DNA of 64,000 nucleotides from a virus. A program made the translations under genes and the position numbers. How positions within the stretch are numbered: the first letter of the stretch is position 1; the number at the start of each line of letters is the position of its first letter. Positions 53,875 to 61,497 of this stretch are shown here, piece by piece. The notes beneath the pieces were generated by a model. The model saw only the letters and a list, made by a program, of their open reading frames with translations, was not told where the DNA came from and did not search any database. The DNA lies in the IMG/VR virus record IMGVR_UViG_3300028376_000003, positions 32,001-96,000 of that record. The stretch is one strand, 5' to 3'.

Positions 53875-54309
53875 ATGAAAACTATAAAAAATAAAAGAGC
53901 ATATTTTGATTTTAATATATTAGAGGAATTTGACTGTGGTATAATGTTAGAAGGTGGTGAGGTTAAAAGCATTAGGGATGGTAATGTGTCTATGAATGAT
54001 TCTTTTATATTCATATCTAACTCTGAGGTCTATATTAAAAGCTTTAGAGTAAGCAAATATAGCCATGCACACCCATCTGTTGTACATATAGAAGATAGGG
54101 ATAAAAAGCTACTTTTGACAAAAAAACAAATAGAGAAGATACAGAAATTTCTAAAAGATAAAGGAAATACGTGTGTGCCTTTAAAAGTGTTTATTAAATC
54201 TAATAAGATAAAAGTAAAGATAGGACTTGGCAAGGGTAAAAAACTGTATGATAAAAGAAAAGATTTAAAAGAAAAAGATTTAAAAAGAGAAATATCTAGA
54301 AATACATAA
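53875..54309 (+). CDS. smpB: SsrA(tmRNA)-binding protein SmpB
   Basis: NKRAYFDF, GIMLEGGEVKSIR, RDKKLLL, GKGKKLYDKR. Confidence 0.93.
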   Translation: MKTIKNKRAYFDFNILEEFDCGIMLEGGEVKSIRDGNVSMNDSFIFISNSEVYIKSFRVSKYSHAHPSVVHIEDRDKKLLLTKKQIEKIQKFLKDKGNTCVPLKVFIKSNKIKVKIGLGKGKKLYDKRKDLKEKDLKREISRNT

Positions 54310-54354
54310 CTTTGTATTGTATTAAATAAGTATATTTGCCAAAATATTTTAAAT

Positions 54355-54633
54355 ATGATTATGAACGAATTTTTACAAACAAAAAAAGCTAATTCAGTAT
54401 ATGATGTATTAGTAGAATTAGCAGGTGCGAATGAGTCTGACAGACAAGACTTTGTTTATAACCATTGTAGTGGTGAAAACGGTTGTTCTGAATGGAGATT
54501 TTGTGGACACTTTGGTTTTGGTGGAAAATATAGATCCCAAAGAAATATAATAAGCTATTATATTGAAGATACAACGGATTCTAGAGAAGCATTAAAAAAA
54601 GATATAAACAATAGATTGAGTGAAATATATTAA
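54355..54633 (+). CDS. hypothetical phage protein
   Basis: After TATATTTG (54331); EWRFCGHFGFGGK motif. Confidence 0.65.
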   Translation: MIMNEFLQTKKANSVYDVLVELAGANESDRQDFVYNHCSGENGCSEWRFCGHFGFGGKYRSQRNIISYYIEDTTDSREALKKDINNRLSEIY

Positions 54634-54653
54634 AAATAATCAAAAAAAAACAC

Positions 54654-55334
54654 ATGATACATTTAGAACCTTGTGAAGAAACAATGCCTAGGTTTGAAGA
54701 TGGTAGTTTTGACACTATTATAACATCACCACCTTACAATATTGGTAAAATGCATAGTAATAATTTACAGTTTGGCACTTATGCGAATAATGATATGAGC
54801 GAAGGTGCTTATCAAGAATGGCAAATAGAAATACTGAATGAATGTTATAGAATACTTGAGGATGGTGGGAGCATGTTCTACAATCATAAGGTTAGAATAA
54901 AAAATGGAGTTGCAACACATCCCCTATCTTGGATATTAAAAAGCAATTTTTTATTAAAACAAGAAATTGTCTGGGATATGGGTAAAAGTGCCAATTGTGA
55001 TAAGATTAGATTTTTTCCATTTTCAGAAAGAATCTATTGGTTGGTTAAAAATCCCAAAACAAAATTATACAATGAAAATAAATTGAGTGATGTTTGGCGA
55101 TGTGTCCCTACTCATAAAAGAAAAAAAGAAGGCCATATTGCTGTTATGCCAGATGAAATAGTTTCAAACATTTTAGAGAGCTTACCTAATGTAAGAAAGG
55201 TCTATGATCCATTTGGGGGAAGTGGTACTACTCTAAAAGTATGTAACGAAAAAAACATATATTGTGAAATATCAGAAATAGACATTAGTTTAGAAGAGAC
55301 AATTAACAAAAAAGTAATAAATAAAGTACGATGA
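54654..55334 (+). CDS. N4C/N6A DNA methyltransferase (beta class)
   Basis: ITSPPYN, HIAVMP, VYDPFGGSGTT. Confidence 0.9.
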   Translation: MIHLEPCEETMPRFEDGSFDTIITSPPYNIGKMHSNNLQFGTYANNDMSEGAYQEWQIEILNECYRILEDGGSMFYNHKVRIKNGVATHPLSWILKSNFLLKQEIVWDMGKSANCDKIRFFPFSERIYWLVKNPKTKLYNENKLSDVWRCVPTHKRKKEGHIAVMPDEIVSNILESLPNVRKVYDPFGGSGTTLKVCNEKNIYCEISEIDISLEETINKKVINKVR

Positions 55335-55546
55335 GGCTAATTAAAAAAGAAATTAATAAAAAAAATAACATAGTATTAACTTGTCAGGACTCTGTTCTTC
55401 TTGGATTGTTTAAACAACAGGTAAAATTCATAGCAACAGAGGAATACTCTTGTGGTTATTGGAATTGGAGAAAACTACCAGACAAGACATTAATTGATGA
55501 TGAACTTAGTTCTAAATTGGATATCTTGTGCAGAAATTCTAAATAA
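55331..55546 (+). CDS. small hypothetical protein
   Basis: ATGA overlap with methyltransferase stop. Confidence 0.55.
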   Translation: MRLIKKEINKKNNIVLTCQDSVLLGLFKQQVKFIATEEYSCGYWNWRKLPDKTLIDDELSSKLDILCRNSK

Positions 55547-55873
55547 TATCAAATTGTTTATTTTAAATGTGATAAATTATGAGTAGATGTTTAATAAAAT
55601 GTTGTATATTTGTTTTCTGAATACTAAACTAATAAAATTATACACATAGATAATAACTTAAATCAAAGAGAAAAAGCTTTGAAAGAAATAGAAGATACTT
55701 TTAAACAAAGAGAAAAAGTTTTGGATTTAATGGATGAAAATCTTGAAACTAGAGAAATTTATAACCAATAAACACAACTATATCTATTTAAGCATAATAA
55801 GATATATTCCACAAGGAAACGGTGTGTTCGTAAGTCTTTAGATTTTTATGTTATAGCCACTTCTTTTTATTTT

Positions 55874-56308
55874 TTAAAAATTTTGATCGATTTCGTATCT
55901 AACCCAATTGTCTGTTGATATACATTCGTAAATAAATAAGTCGTCTGAAGCTCTTTGTCCTTGAACACCCGAAGATGTACTGTTTGTTGGTATAGAAACA
56001 TATTCTAGTGGAGTAGCATCATCAACTGTTAAATATCTTGACCAAGTACTACTACTAGTGCCATTACTAGCGTTACTGTATAGTACACCTTCTTCATCAA
56101 ATGCTAATGCAAAGTACTCTGGTGTTGATGAAAATACTGATGATGATGTACCACTAAATCCTAAATAGTTATTTTCTGAATCATATATTAGATTAGAATA
56201 ACTTAGACCACTAGATTCCATTTTTATATCATCACTTCCTTGTGTTGATAATATACTACCACCATTCATATTTATTTTACCACCTCCTAAAATAATTATC
56301 TCGGTCAT
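55874..56308 (-). CDS. putative virion fibre/decoration protein
   Basis: C-terminal PTNSTSSGVQGQRASDDLFIYECISTDNWVR resembles the G-x-x-G-Q...Y-x-C...W fibre-tip motif. Confidence 0.55.
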   Translation of the reverse strand: MTEIIILGGGKINMNGGSILSTQGSDDIKMESSGLSYSNLIYDSENNYLGFSGTSSSVFSSTPEYFALAFDEEGVLYSNASNGTSSSTWSRYLTVDDATPLEYVSIPTNSTSSGVQGQRASDDLFIYECISTDNWVRYEIDQNF

Positions 56309-56485
56309 ATGCTATTACATAACCACCTAGCTCAGGAGCAATTGCTTAGTCTATTGTTATTTTTTTTTGAAAGTATACTAATACCATACGTTATAATATT
56401 TTTTATTATACTATATATATTTAATTTCACAATTGCTTTTAAACTTAATGTAGTAATTTTAATATATAAGTAAATATGCTTTCAT

Positions 56486-57007
56486 ATGACACGGAATTTT
56501 AAATCAGTTAAAGAAGTACGAGATTTCAAGAAAAAAACTCTTGATATTTATGAGAAAATAGATAATGGAAGAAAATTCACAAACCACTATAAAGAATATG
56601 ATATCTTCAATATGTCTAAGCACTTGGAGATTGGACAACATTTTTTATACGAGAAATATTTATACAAAAGAAGTAAAGGAAATAGTAGTCTTATATGTTA
56701 TCCAGAAATGGGTGTGTTTTTAAATACAATACCAATAGATCAGACCTTTGAGTTGGAATGGTATGATTATAGAAGAACATGGGAATATAATATAAGTGTA
56801 ACAAATGATGATAGTGAGATGTTAATGTATGATTTTCCTAGTGAGATTAGTACTCTTATATTATGGCAAGATAGTTTATTTGTTTATGACGTTTGGGACA
56901 AAAAACCTGACTGGAAACAAATGAGAAAAGCATATGATAAAACTTGGTGGTTCCATAAAACTAAAGAAAAGATAAGACATTTAAAGATAAATTCCATATT
57001 AAGATAA
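56486..57007 (+). CDS. hypothetical protein with C-terminal RHLKINSIL motif
   Basis: TAATATATA at 56460-56468. Confidence 0.65.
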   Translation: MTRNFKSVKEVRDFKKKTLDIYEKIDNGRKFTNHYKEYDIFNMSKHLEIGQHFLYEKYLYKRSKGNSSLICYPEMGVFLNTIPIDQTFELEWYDYRRTWEYNISVTNDDSEMLMYDFPSEISTLILWQDSLFVYDVWDKKPDWKQMRKAYDKTWWFHKTKEKIRHLKINSILR

Positions 57008-57010
57008 TTG

Positions 57011-57343
57011 TTATTTAGGTAATTTCATATCACTTGTTACTTCAATCTTAAATCCAAGTCCTGTGCTTTCATCAGAACCATACTTAGTCTCAGAGTGATA
57101 TCCATTATCAGAATGAAATGTTATTGGTTTAGCACCATGCATCTTTTGCTTATCCTTTTCCTCTTTTTCTTTAAGCATTTCCTCAAATGTTAGATTATCT
57201 GATTTATTTACACTATTATCTCTTATAGTATCTTGTCTATCAGAGTAACCGTACTTTCTTAGTAGTTCCTCTGCCTCTTGTCCAGTTACTTCCCTTTCAC
57301 TTTCAACTCTTTGTCCTTCTATTTGTCTTGTAGTAGCTCTCAT
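57011..57343 (-). CDS. hypothetical protein
   Basis: TAATATATA upstream (57348-57356). Confidence 0.6.
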   Translation of the reverse strand: MRATTRQIEGQRVESEREVTGQEAEELLRKYGYSDRQDTIRDNSVNKSDNLTFEEMLKEKEEKDKQKMHGAKPITFHSDNGYHSETKYGSDESTGLGFKIEVTSDMKLPK

Positions 57344-57453
57344 ATCATATATATTAAAATAATATCTTTGTTAATTATATCTTAAAAATAGTGTGTTAAA
57401 TTAATACATTTCATATATTTGTATAATAAATATCAAAAGAGACAAAACTTTTT

Positions 57454-57462
57454 TAATATATA
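57454..57462 (+). promoter_or_regulatory. TAATATATA promoter box for tRNA operon 1
   Basis: Preceded by AAAACTTTTT; TATATTTG also at 57414. Confidence 0.6.
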
Positions 57463-57478
57463 GTATATAAACATAAAT

Positions 57479-57551
57479 CGCGGGGTAGAGCAGTAGGTAG
57501 CTCGCTAGGCTCATAACCTAGAGGTCGTTGGTTCGAGTCCAACTCCCGCTA
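57479..57551 (+). tRNA. tRNA-Met(CAT), initiator-like
   Basis: CGCGGGG/TCCCGCT acceptor with C1 mismatch, CTAGG-CTCATAA-CCTAG anticodon arm, TTCGAGT T-loop. Confidence 0.92.
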
Positions 57552-57571
57552 CAAATAAATAAATAAATAAA

Positions 57572-57655
57572 ATGAATACTTTTACTAACATAGAATATTA
57601 TTATGAAGAATCTGAACGAAAACGCTCGGCTAGTCTTTTGATGTCTATAATGTAA
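57572..57655 (+). CDS. attenuator leader peptide MNTFTNIEYYYEESERKRSASLLMSIM (Tyr/Glu control codons)
   Basis: 27-codon ORF after A-rich leader; codons 8-15 GAA TAT TAT TAT GAA GAA TCT GAA; followed by terminator and tRNA-Tyr, tRNA-Glu. Confidence 0.8.
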   Translation: MNTFTNIEYYYEESERKRSASLLMSIM

Positions 57656-57672
57656 ATTAAATTATAGTATAA

Positions 57673-57708
57673 AAAAAACCCAGTCTAGTAATATAGACTG
57701 GGTTTTTT
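57673..57708 (+). terminator. attenuator terminator upstream of tRNA-Tyr/Glu
   Basis: AAAAAACCCAGTCTA-gtaata-TAGACTGGG-TTTTTT. Confidence 0.88.
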
Positions 57709-57721
57709 GTTTTAAAAATAT

Positions 57722-57804
57722 GGGGGTAATATGGCACAGGTAGTCATGTCGGTCTGTAAAACCGATTCCGAAAGGTATTGTGGGTTCGAGTCCCACTACG
57801 CCCA
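57722..57804 (+). tRNA. tRNA-Tyr(GTA)
   Basis: TCGGT-CTGTAAA-ACCGA anticodon arm, long variable arm, GTGGG-TTCGAGT-CCCAC; one G:G mismatch in acceptor stem. Confidence 0.88.
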
Positions 57805-57814
57805 CTTAGTACAT

Positions 57815-57887
57815 GCTCCGTTCGTCTAGTGGACTAGGACCCCAGGCTTTCAACTTGGTAACGGGAGTTCAATTCTCCCACGGAGTA
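57815..57887 (+). tRNA. tRNA-Glu(TTC)
   Basis: GCTCCGT/ACGGAGT acceptor, CCAGG-CTTTCAA-CTTGG, GGGAG-TTCAATT-CTCCC. Confidence 0.92.
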
Positions 57888-57969
57888 CTAGTTTTAATAT
57901 TGTTTAAAATAGGATTATAATAATATAATGCTTATATTTGCCTATTATTTAATTTTAAAAAGCTTTTAA

Positions 57970-58134
57970 ATGGAAAAAAACACAATACAAGATTTTAAGT
58001 GTGTATATGTTTATAGAACTGGTAAAAAAATACATGAATGTGTATTTAAAGCCTACAATGTTGAGCAAGCTAAGACACATTTTTCGTTTTTTTATCCGAA
58101 AAGGATATTGAAAGAAATTGAATTACAAAAATAA
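57970..58134 (+). CDS. small hypothetical protein (54 aa, below track cutoff)
   Basis: MEKNTIQDFKCVYVY...; TATATTTG at 57933. Confidence 0.55.
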   Translation: MEKNTIQDFKCVYVYRTGKKIHECVFKAYNVEQAKTHFSFFYPKRILKEIELQK

Positions 58135-58140
58135 ATTATT

Positions 58141-58359
58141 ATGGTTTTAAAAATAGAGATAGAAGGAATTGGCGAATTCGACATAAAACATGATTTGTTA
58201 CATCGAGGTAATCGACCAAGACTGAAAACTTACCATAAAGGGATATTTAGAGAAGTATCTTTTAATAGTTTTGAAGACTATCTAAATCCTACCTATCAGA
58301 GAGGATTTGATTATGAAGGAACAGAAATACAGATTAAAATTTTAGAAAATACAGATTAA
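58141..58359 (+). CDS. small hypothetical protein
   Basis: ORF in operon with preceding small ORF. Confidence 0.6.
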   Translation: MVLKIEIEGIGEFDIKHDLLHRGNRPRLKTYHKGIFREVSFNSFEDYLNPTYQRGFDYEGTEIQIKILENTD

Positions 58360-58381
58360 TTTAAGAGGGAGAGTAAACTTT

Positions 58382-58390
58382 TAATATATA
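58382..58390 (+). promoter_or_regulatory. TAATATATA promoter box for tRNA operon 2
   Basis: AAACTTT-TAATATATA-G, same context as 57454. Confidence 0.6.
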
Positions 58391-58406
58391 GTGTAATATA
58401 ACAATT

Positions 58407-58481
58407 ATGAGAACAATTAATAACATAGCAATAATAGCGATAGGCAAAGGGAAAACTCATTGGCTGGGAATTGTTATGTAA
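58407..58481 (+). CDS. attenuator leader peptide MRTINNIAIIAIGKGKTHWLGIVM (Ile-AUA/Ala/Gly control codons)
   Basis: Codons 7-15 ATA GCA ATA ATA GCG ATA GGC AAA GGG; followed by terminator and tRNA-Ile(TAT), Gly, Gly, Ala. Confidence 0.82.
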   Translation: MRTINNIAIIAIGKGKTHWLGIVM

Positions 58482-58504
58482 TTAATTTAATTATAAATTA
58501 TCAT

Positions 58505-58533
58505 AAACCCAGTCAGAAATGACTGGGTTTTTT
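58505..58533 (+). terminator. attenuator terminator upstream of tRNA-Ile/Gly/Gly/Ala
   Basis: AAACCCAGTCA-GAAA-TGACTGGGTTT-TTT; 5' arm can alternatively pair with TGGCTGGG at 58461-58468. Confidence 0.9.
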
Positions 58534-58547
58534 ATTTTATTATAAAT

Positions 58548-58621
58548 TGGTATGTAGCTTAGATGGTAAAAGCACATGGCTTATATCCATGAGATAGTGG
58601 GTTCGATACCCATCATACCAA
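58548..58621 (+). tRNA. tRNA-Ile(TAT)
   Basis: TGGTATG/CATACCA acceptor, CATGG-CTTATAT-CCATG anticodon arm, GTGGG-TTCGATA-CCCAT. Confidence 0.88.
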
Positions 58622-58629
58622 CAAAATAA

Positions 58630-58703
58630 GCAGGTAACGCATAAGTGATGGTGCACTAGCCTTCCAAGCTAGAATAGAATCGGTTTGATCCCGATTACCT
58701 GCT
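58630..58703 (+). tRNA. tRNA-Gly(TCC), divergent copy
   Basis: GCAGGTA/TACCTGC, CTAGC-CTTCCAA-GCTAG, U73; T-loop TTTGATC is non-canonical. Confidence 0.8.
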
Positions 58704-58714
58704 CGATATAAAAT

Positions 58715-58788
58715 GCAAATGTAGCTCAATTGGCTAGAGTGTCTGATTTCCATTCAGAAAGTTGTAGGTTCGAATCCTATCATTTGCT
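58715..58788 (+). tRNA. tRNA-Gly(TCC)
   Basis: GCAAATG/CATTTGC, TCTGA-TTTCCAT-TCAGA, TTCGAAT, U73. Confidence 0.88.
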
Positions 58789-58795
58789 CATTAAT

Positions 58796-58873
58796 GGGGG
58801 ATTAGCTCAGTCTGGTCGTAAGCGATAGCTTTGCAAGCTGTGTCATACATCGGTTCAAATCCGATATCCTCCA
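58796..58873 (+). tRNA. tRNA-Ala(TGC)
   Basis: GGGGGAT/ATCCTCC with G3:U70, ATAGC-TTTGCAA-GCTGT. Confidence 0.9.
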
Positions 58874-59165
58874 CAGCTTAATTAAAAAAAACAATAATTA
58901 TAGAAGATTTGAGTGCGAGATAGATAGAGAGAGGAGTAATTACTAAATTTGCATCAGATGAATTGGAGAAGTTGTCTAAAAATCATCAGGCTAGAAAATA
59001 TCAAAGCTTCACTATAGATAGGTGAGTTGTTGATATTGTGGACATGTCACCGATTTCTAAGCTAACAAATTCAGTAGATGTGATAGTTTATGGTGGTGAT
59101 TCATTAATGGAGATTTCTTAGAAACATATTAATAATATATATATAGAGAAAATGTACATATTATT

Positions 59166-59921
59166 ATGATTATAAGATTTAGAAGTAGAGGAGAAAAAGT
59201 TAAGGATTTACAAAACTTGTTAGGACTAAAACCTGATGGTATATTTGGTCCTAACACTTTGAAAGCTTTGAAGAATTTTCAAAGAGATAATGGATTAAGC
59301 GTAGATGGTATAGTTGGTCCTAATACTTGGTCTGTTTTAGTAAAAAACGATAAGAATAGAATAAGACCAATTTACGATGTTGATCTAAACGAAGAAGATT
59401 CTGTATCTGATCCAGAGTGTATGTTCTGTGTAGAAGATATTGAGGAAACACAACCTTTGTCCCCTAGTACAAGGGAACTTATAAACCTAATAGAATCTAG
59501 TGATATTACTAGGAATATAAAAAGGCTTGTTTTCCATTGTACTGCAACATCTCAAAAAGCTACTGTATCTGCCATTGTGAATTATTGGAAGAATACACTT
59601 GGGTGGCGTTCACCAGGTTATCATATAATTGTTAGGCCAGATGGAACTTGGAATCAACTACTAGACTTTAACAGAGTCTCTAATGGTGTTCGTGGTATCA
59701 ATTCTACTACTATAAATATATCATATATTGGTGGTGTTGACCGAAATGGTAGAGCATTGGATAATAGAACTAAAAAGCAAAAGGATGTCTATGAAACCAT
59801 TTATAGAGCTTTTAAGCATAAATTACCTAGAATAACATTTCATGGACATAATGAATTTTCATCAAAAGCATGTCCATCTTTTAATGTTAAAAATTGGATA
59901 AAGTCTTTAAGAGTAATTTAA
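59166..59921 (+). CDS. endolysin: PG-binding domain + N-acetylmuramoyl-L-alanine amidase (T7 lysozyme-like)
   Basis: DGIFGPNT..FQ..GLSVDGIVGPNTW; FHCTA, PGYH, HGHNE, KACPSF. Confidence 0.9.
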   Translation: MIIRFRSRGEKVKDLQNLLGLKPDGIFGPNTLKALKNFQRDNGLSVDGIVGPNTWSVLVKNDKNRIRPIYDVDLNEEDSVSDPECMFCVEDIEETQPLSPSTRELINLIESSDITRNIKRLVFHCTATSQKATVSAIVNYWKNTLGWRSPGYHIIVRPDGTWNQLLDFNRVSNGVRGINSTTINISYIGGVDRNGRALDNRTKKQKDVYETIYRAFKHKLPRITFHGHNEFSSKACPSFNVKNWIKSLRVI

Positions 59922-59983
59922 TTAGTATATATTTGCATAGTAAGAATTCTAAAAGAAAGAAAAATTATAATATTATTTTACTA

Positions 59984-60008
59984 TATATCATGATGTTGCA
60001 TGTTTTTA
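59984..60008 (+). repeat. 25-bp dispersed intergenic direct repeat, copy 2
   Basis: Identical to 21854-21878. Confidence 0.85.
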
Positions 60009-60049
60009 GATGAATTAACAACACTAATCACTTAATAATACAAATCTAT

Positions 60050-60478
60050 ATGACCACAATTCAAACAAATAATATAATTAACTTTTATTTCAATATTAGC
60101 ACTGAATGTGGTATTGATATATTACATCTATCACCAAGCTATCTTAGAGAAAAGTGGATACTCCATATAGGAACTGATATTGAAAATAATAATATAACCA
60201 AAAGTGTTAAGTTGGATACTTGGACTAAAATATGGGGTGTTACTGATAAAAATACAACATCAATATATTATATAATTCTAGAATTAAATTCAGTTCCACT
60301 AAGGGAAGCTAATATAACGTCTGTAGTTAATAAAATTATTCCTTATATTGATGAAAATAAGATAAACAAAGAAGAATATAATGGTTTACACCCATCAATA
60401 AATAGTTGTAAGGATCAATGGATGATGAAGAAAGAAAACAAAAGATACTTAAATATTCAAATGTTATTGAATGACTGA
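60050..60478 (+). CDS. hypothetical protein
   Basis: 142-aa ORF; ends KRYLNIQMLLND. Confidence 0.6.
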   Translation: MTTIQTNNIINFYFNISTECGIDILHLSPSYLREKWILHIGTDIENNNITKSVKLDTWTKIWGVTDKNTTSIYYIILELNSVPLREANITSVVNKIIPYIDENKINKEEYNGLHPSINSCKDQWMMKKENKRYLNIQMLLND

Positions 60479-60501
60479 TATTTATATATAAGAGAAAAAC
60501 A

Positions 60502-60957
60502 ATGAAATTAAGAAAGACTATAGCAACCACAATGAGAGGATATCTTAATGAGAATAATAGTAATGAAAGTCATTTTTTATCTGAAAGTGAAAAATATGGC
60601 TCTTATGAAGGTATTATTCATTCTGATATAGAAAAAGTCAAGAATTAGTTCTCAAAACGAGGTATTGACTACAATTCATATCTTAATCAAATTGAACTAC
60701 CTGTAGCATTTTTAAACAATATAAATGTAGAATTAAAATATAGAGGAAAGGGATATGGTGATGAACTATATTTTGATTTTGAACAGAATTGTTATTATTA
60801 TAACACTAAATGCATAATATTAGAAAGTGATAGTGGCGAATCACAGAAGAAAGGTTTTAATTTGGACAATTGGTATGAAATCTTAGACTATGAGATAATT
60901 GGGGAAGAAAGTGGTAATTCAATTATGAAAAAAAAATTAATTAGTTCACAACGATGA
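60502..60957 (+). pseudogene. GNAT acetyltransferase with in-frame TAG at 60646-60648
   Basis: 151-codon frame otherwise open; LNNINVELKYRGKGYG acetyl-CoA motif A and NWYE.L.Y motif B. Confidence 0.75.
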
Positions 60958-61018
60958 TGGTGATAATAGTGCTTTACTTAATTCTGATTATGAAATGATA
61001 ATTATTTAAAAATAAATT

Positions 61019-61240
61019 ATGGGACTATACGATACAGTAAAAGTACCTTGCCCTTCATGTGGTGAGAAGAAAGATTTTCAAAGTAAGAGTGGTGATGGTT
61101 TTTTAGAAGTAGTTGATTTAGAAAACTGCCCATATGATATACTAGTAGGCGTAAACAGACATTCACCCCATACTTGTAAGTGTGGAGAAATATTTAAAGT
61201 GGATTTAAATACTAGAAAAAGTGTAAAAACAGAAAAATAG
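61019..61240 (+). CDS. small zinc-ribbon protein
   Basis: MGLYDTV..CPSCG..FQSKSG..CKCG. Confidence 0.7.
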   Translation: MGLYDTVKVPCPSCGEKKDFQSKSGDGFLEVVDLENCPYDILVGVNRHSPHTCKCGEIFKVDLNTRKSVKTEK

Positions 61241-61497
61241 ACTATGATAATGTCCCAAATATCTATTAAATAAGGGACTTTAAAAATTAGGTAATTTTAT
61301 ACATTGTTGTGCAGAGTAGGTTATTAATTTAATTATGAGATGAGTAGTATTAATTATATAAAAAATACAACTTATTATCTGTTTGTAAGTATAAGTGTGT
61401 AAGTGCTACTTATGATAAACTTCTAATATCACAAACAATCAATTTTAATAAAAGCATATACTAGAAAATAGAAAATAAAAAATAATAAATTAAATAT

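Noticed and set aside
55620-55800. Possible small gene (NQREKALKEIEDTFKQREKVL...)
   Set aside because: Coding-like but no convincing start codon; probably a remnant.
57572-58533. T-box riboswitch explanation for the tRNA-operon leaders
   Set aside because: No T-box UGGNACC bulge or long stem I; the control information lies in translatable codon runs of short ORFs.
58880-59120. tmRNA partner for SmpB
   Set aside because: No tRNA-like acceptor/T-arm ends or tag ORF; it reads like a decayed coding remnant with stops.
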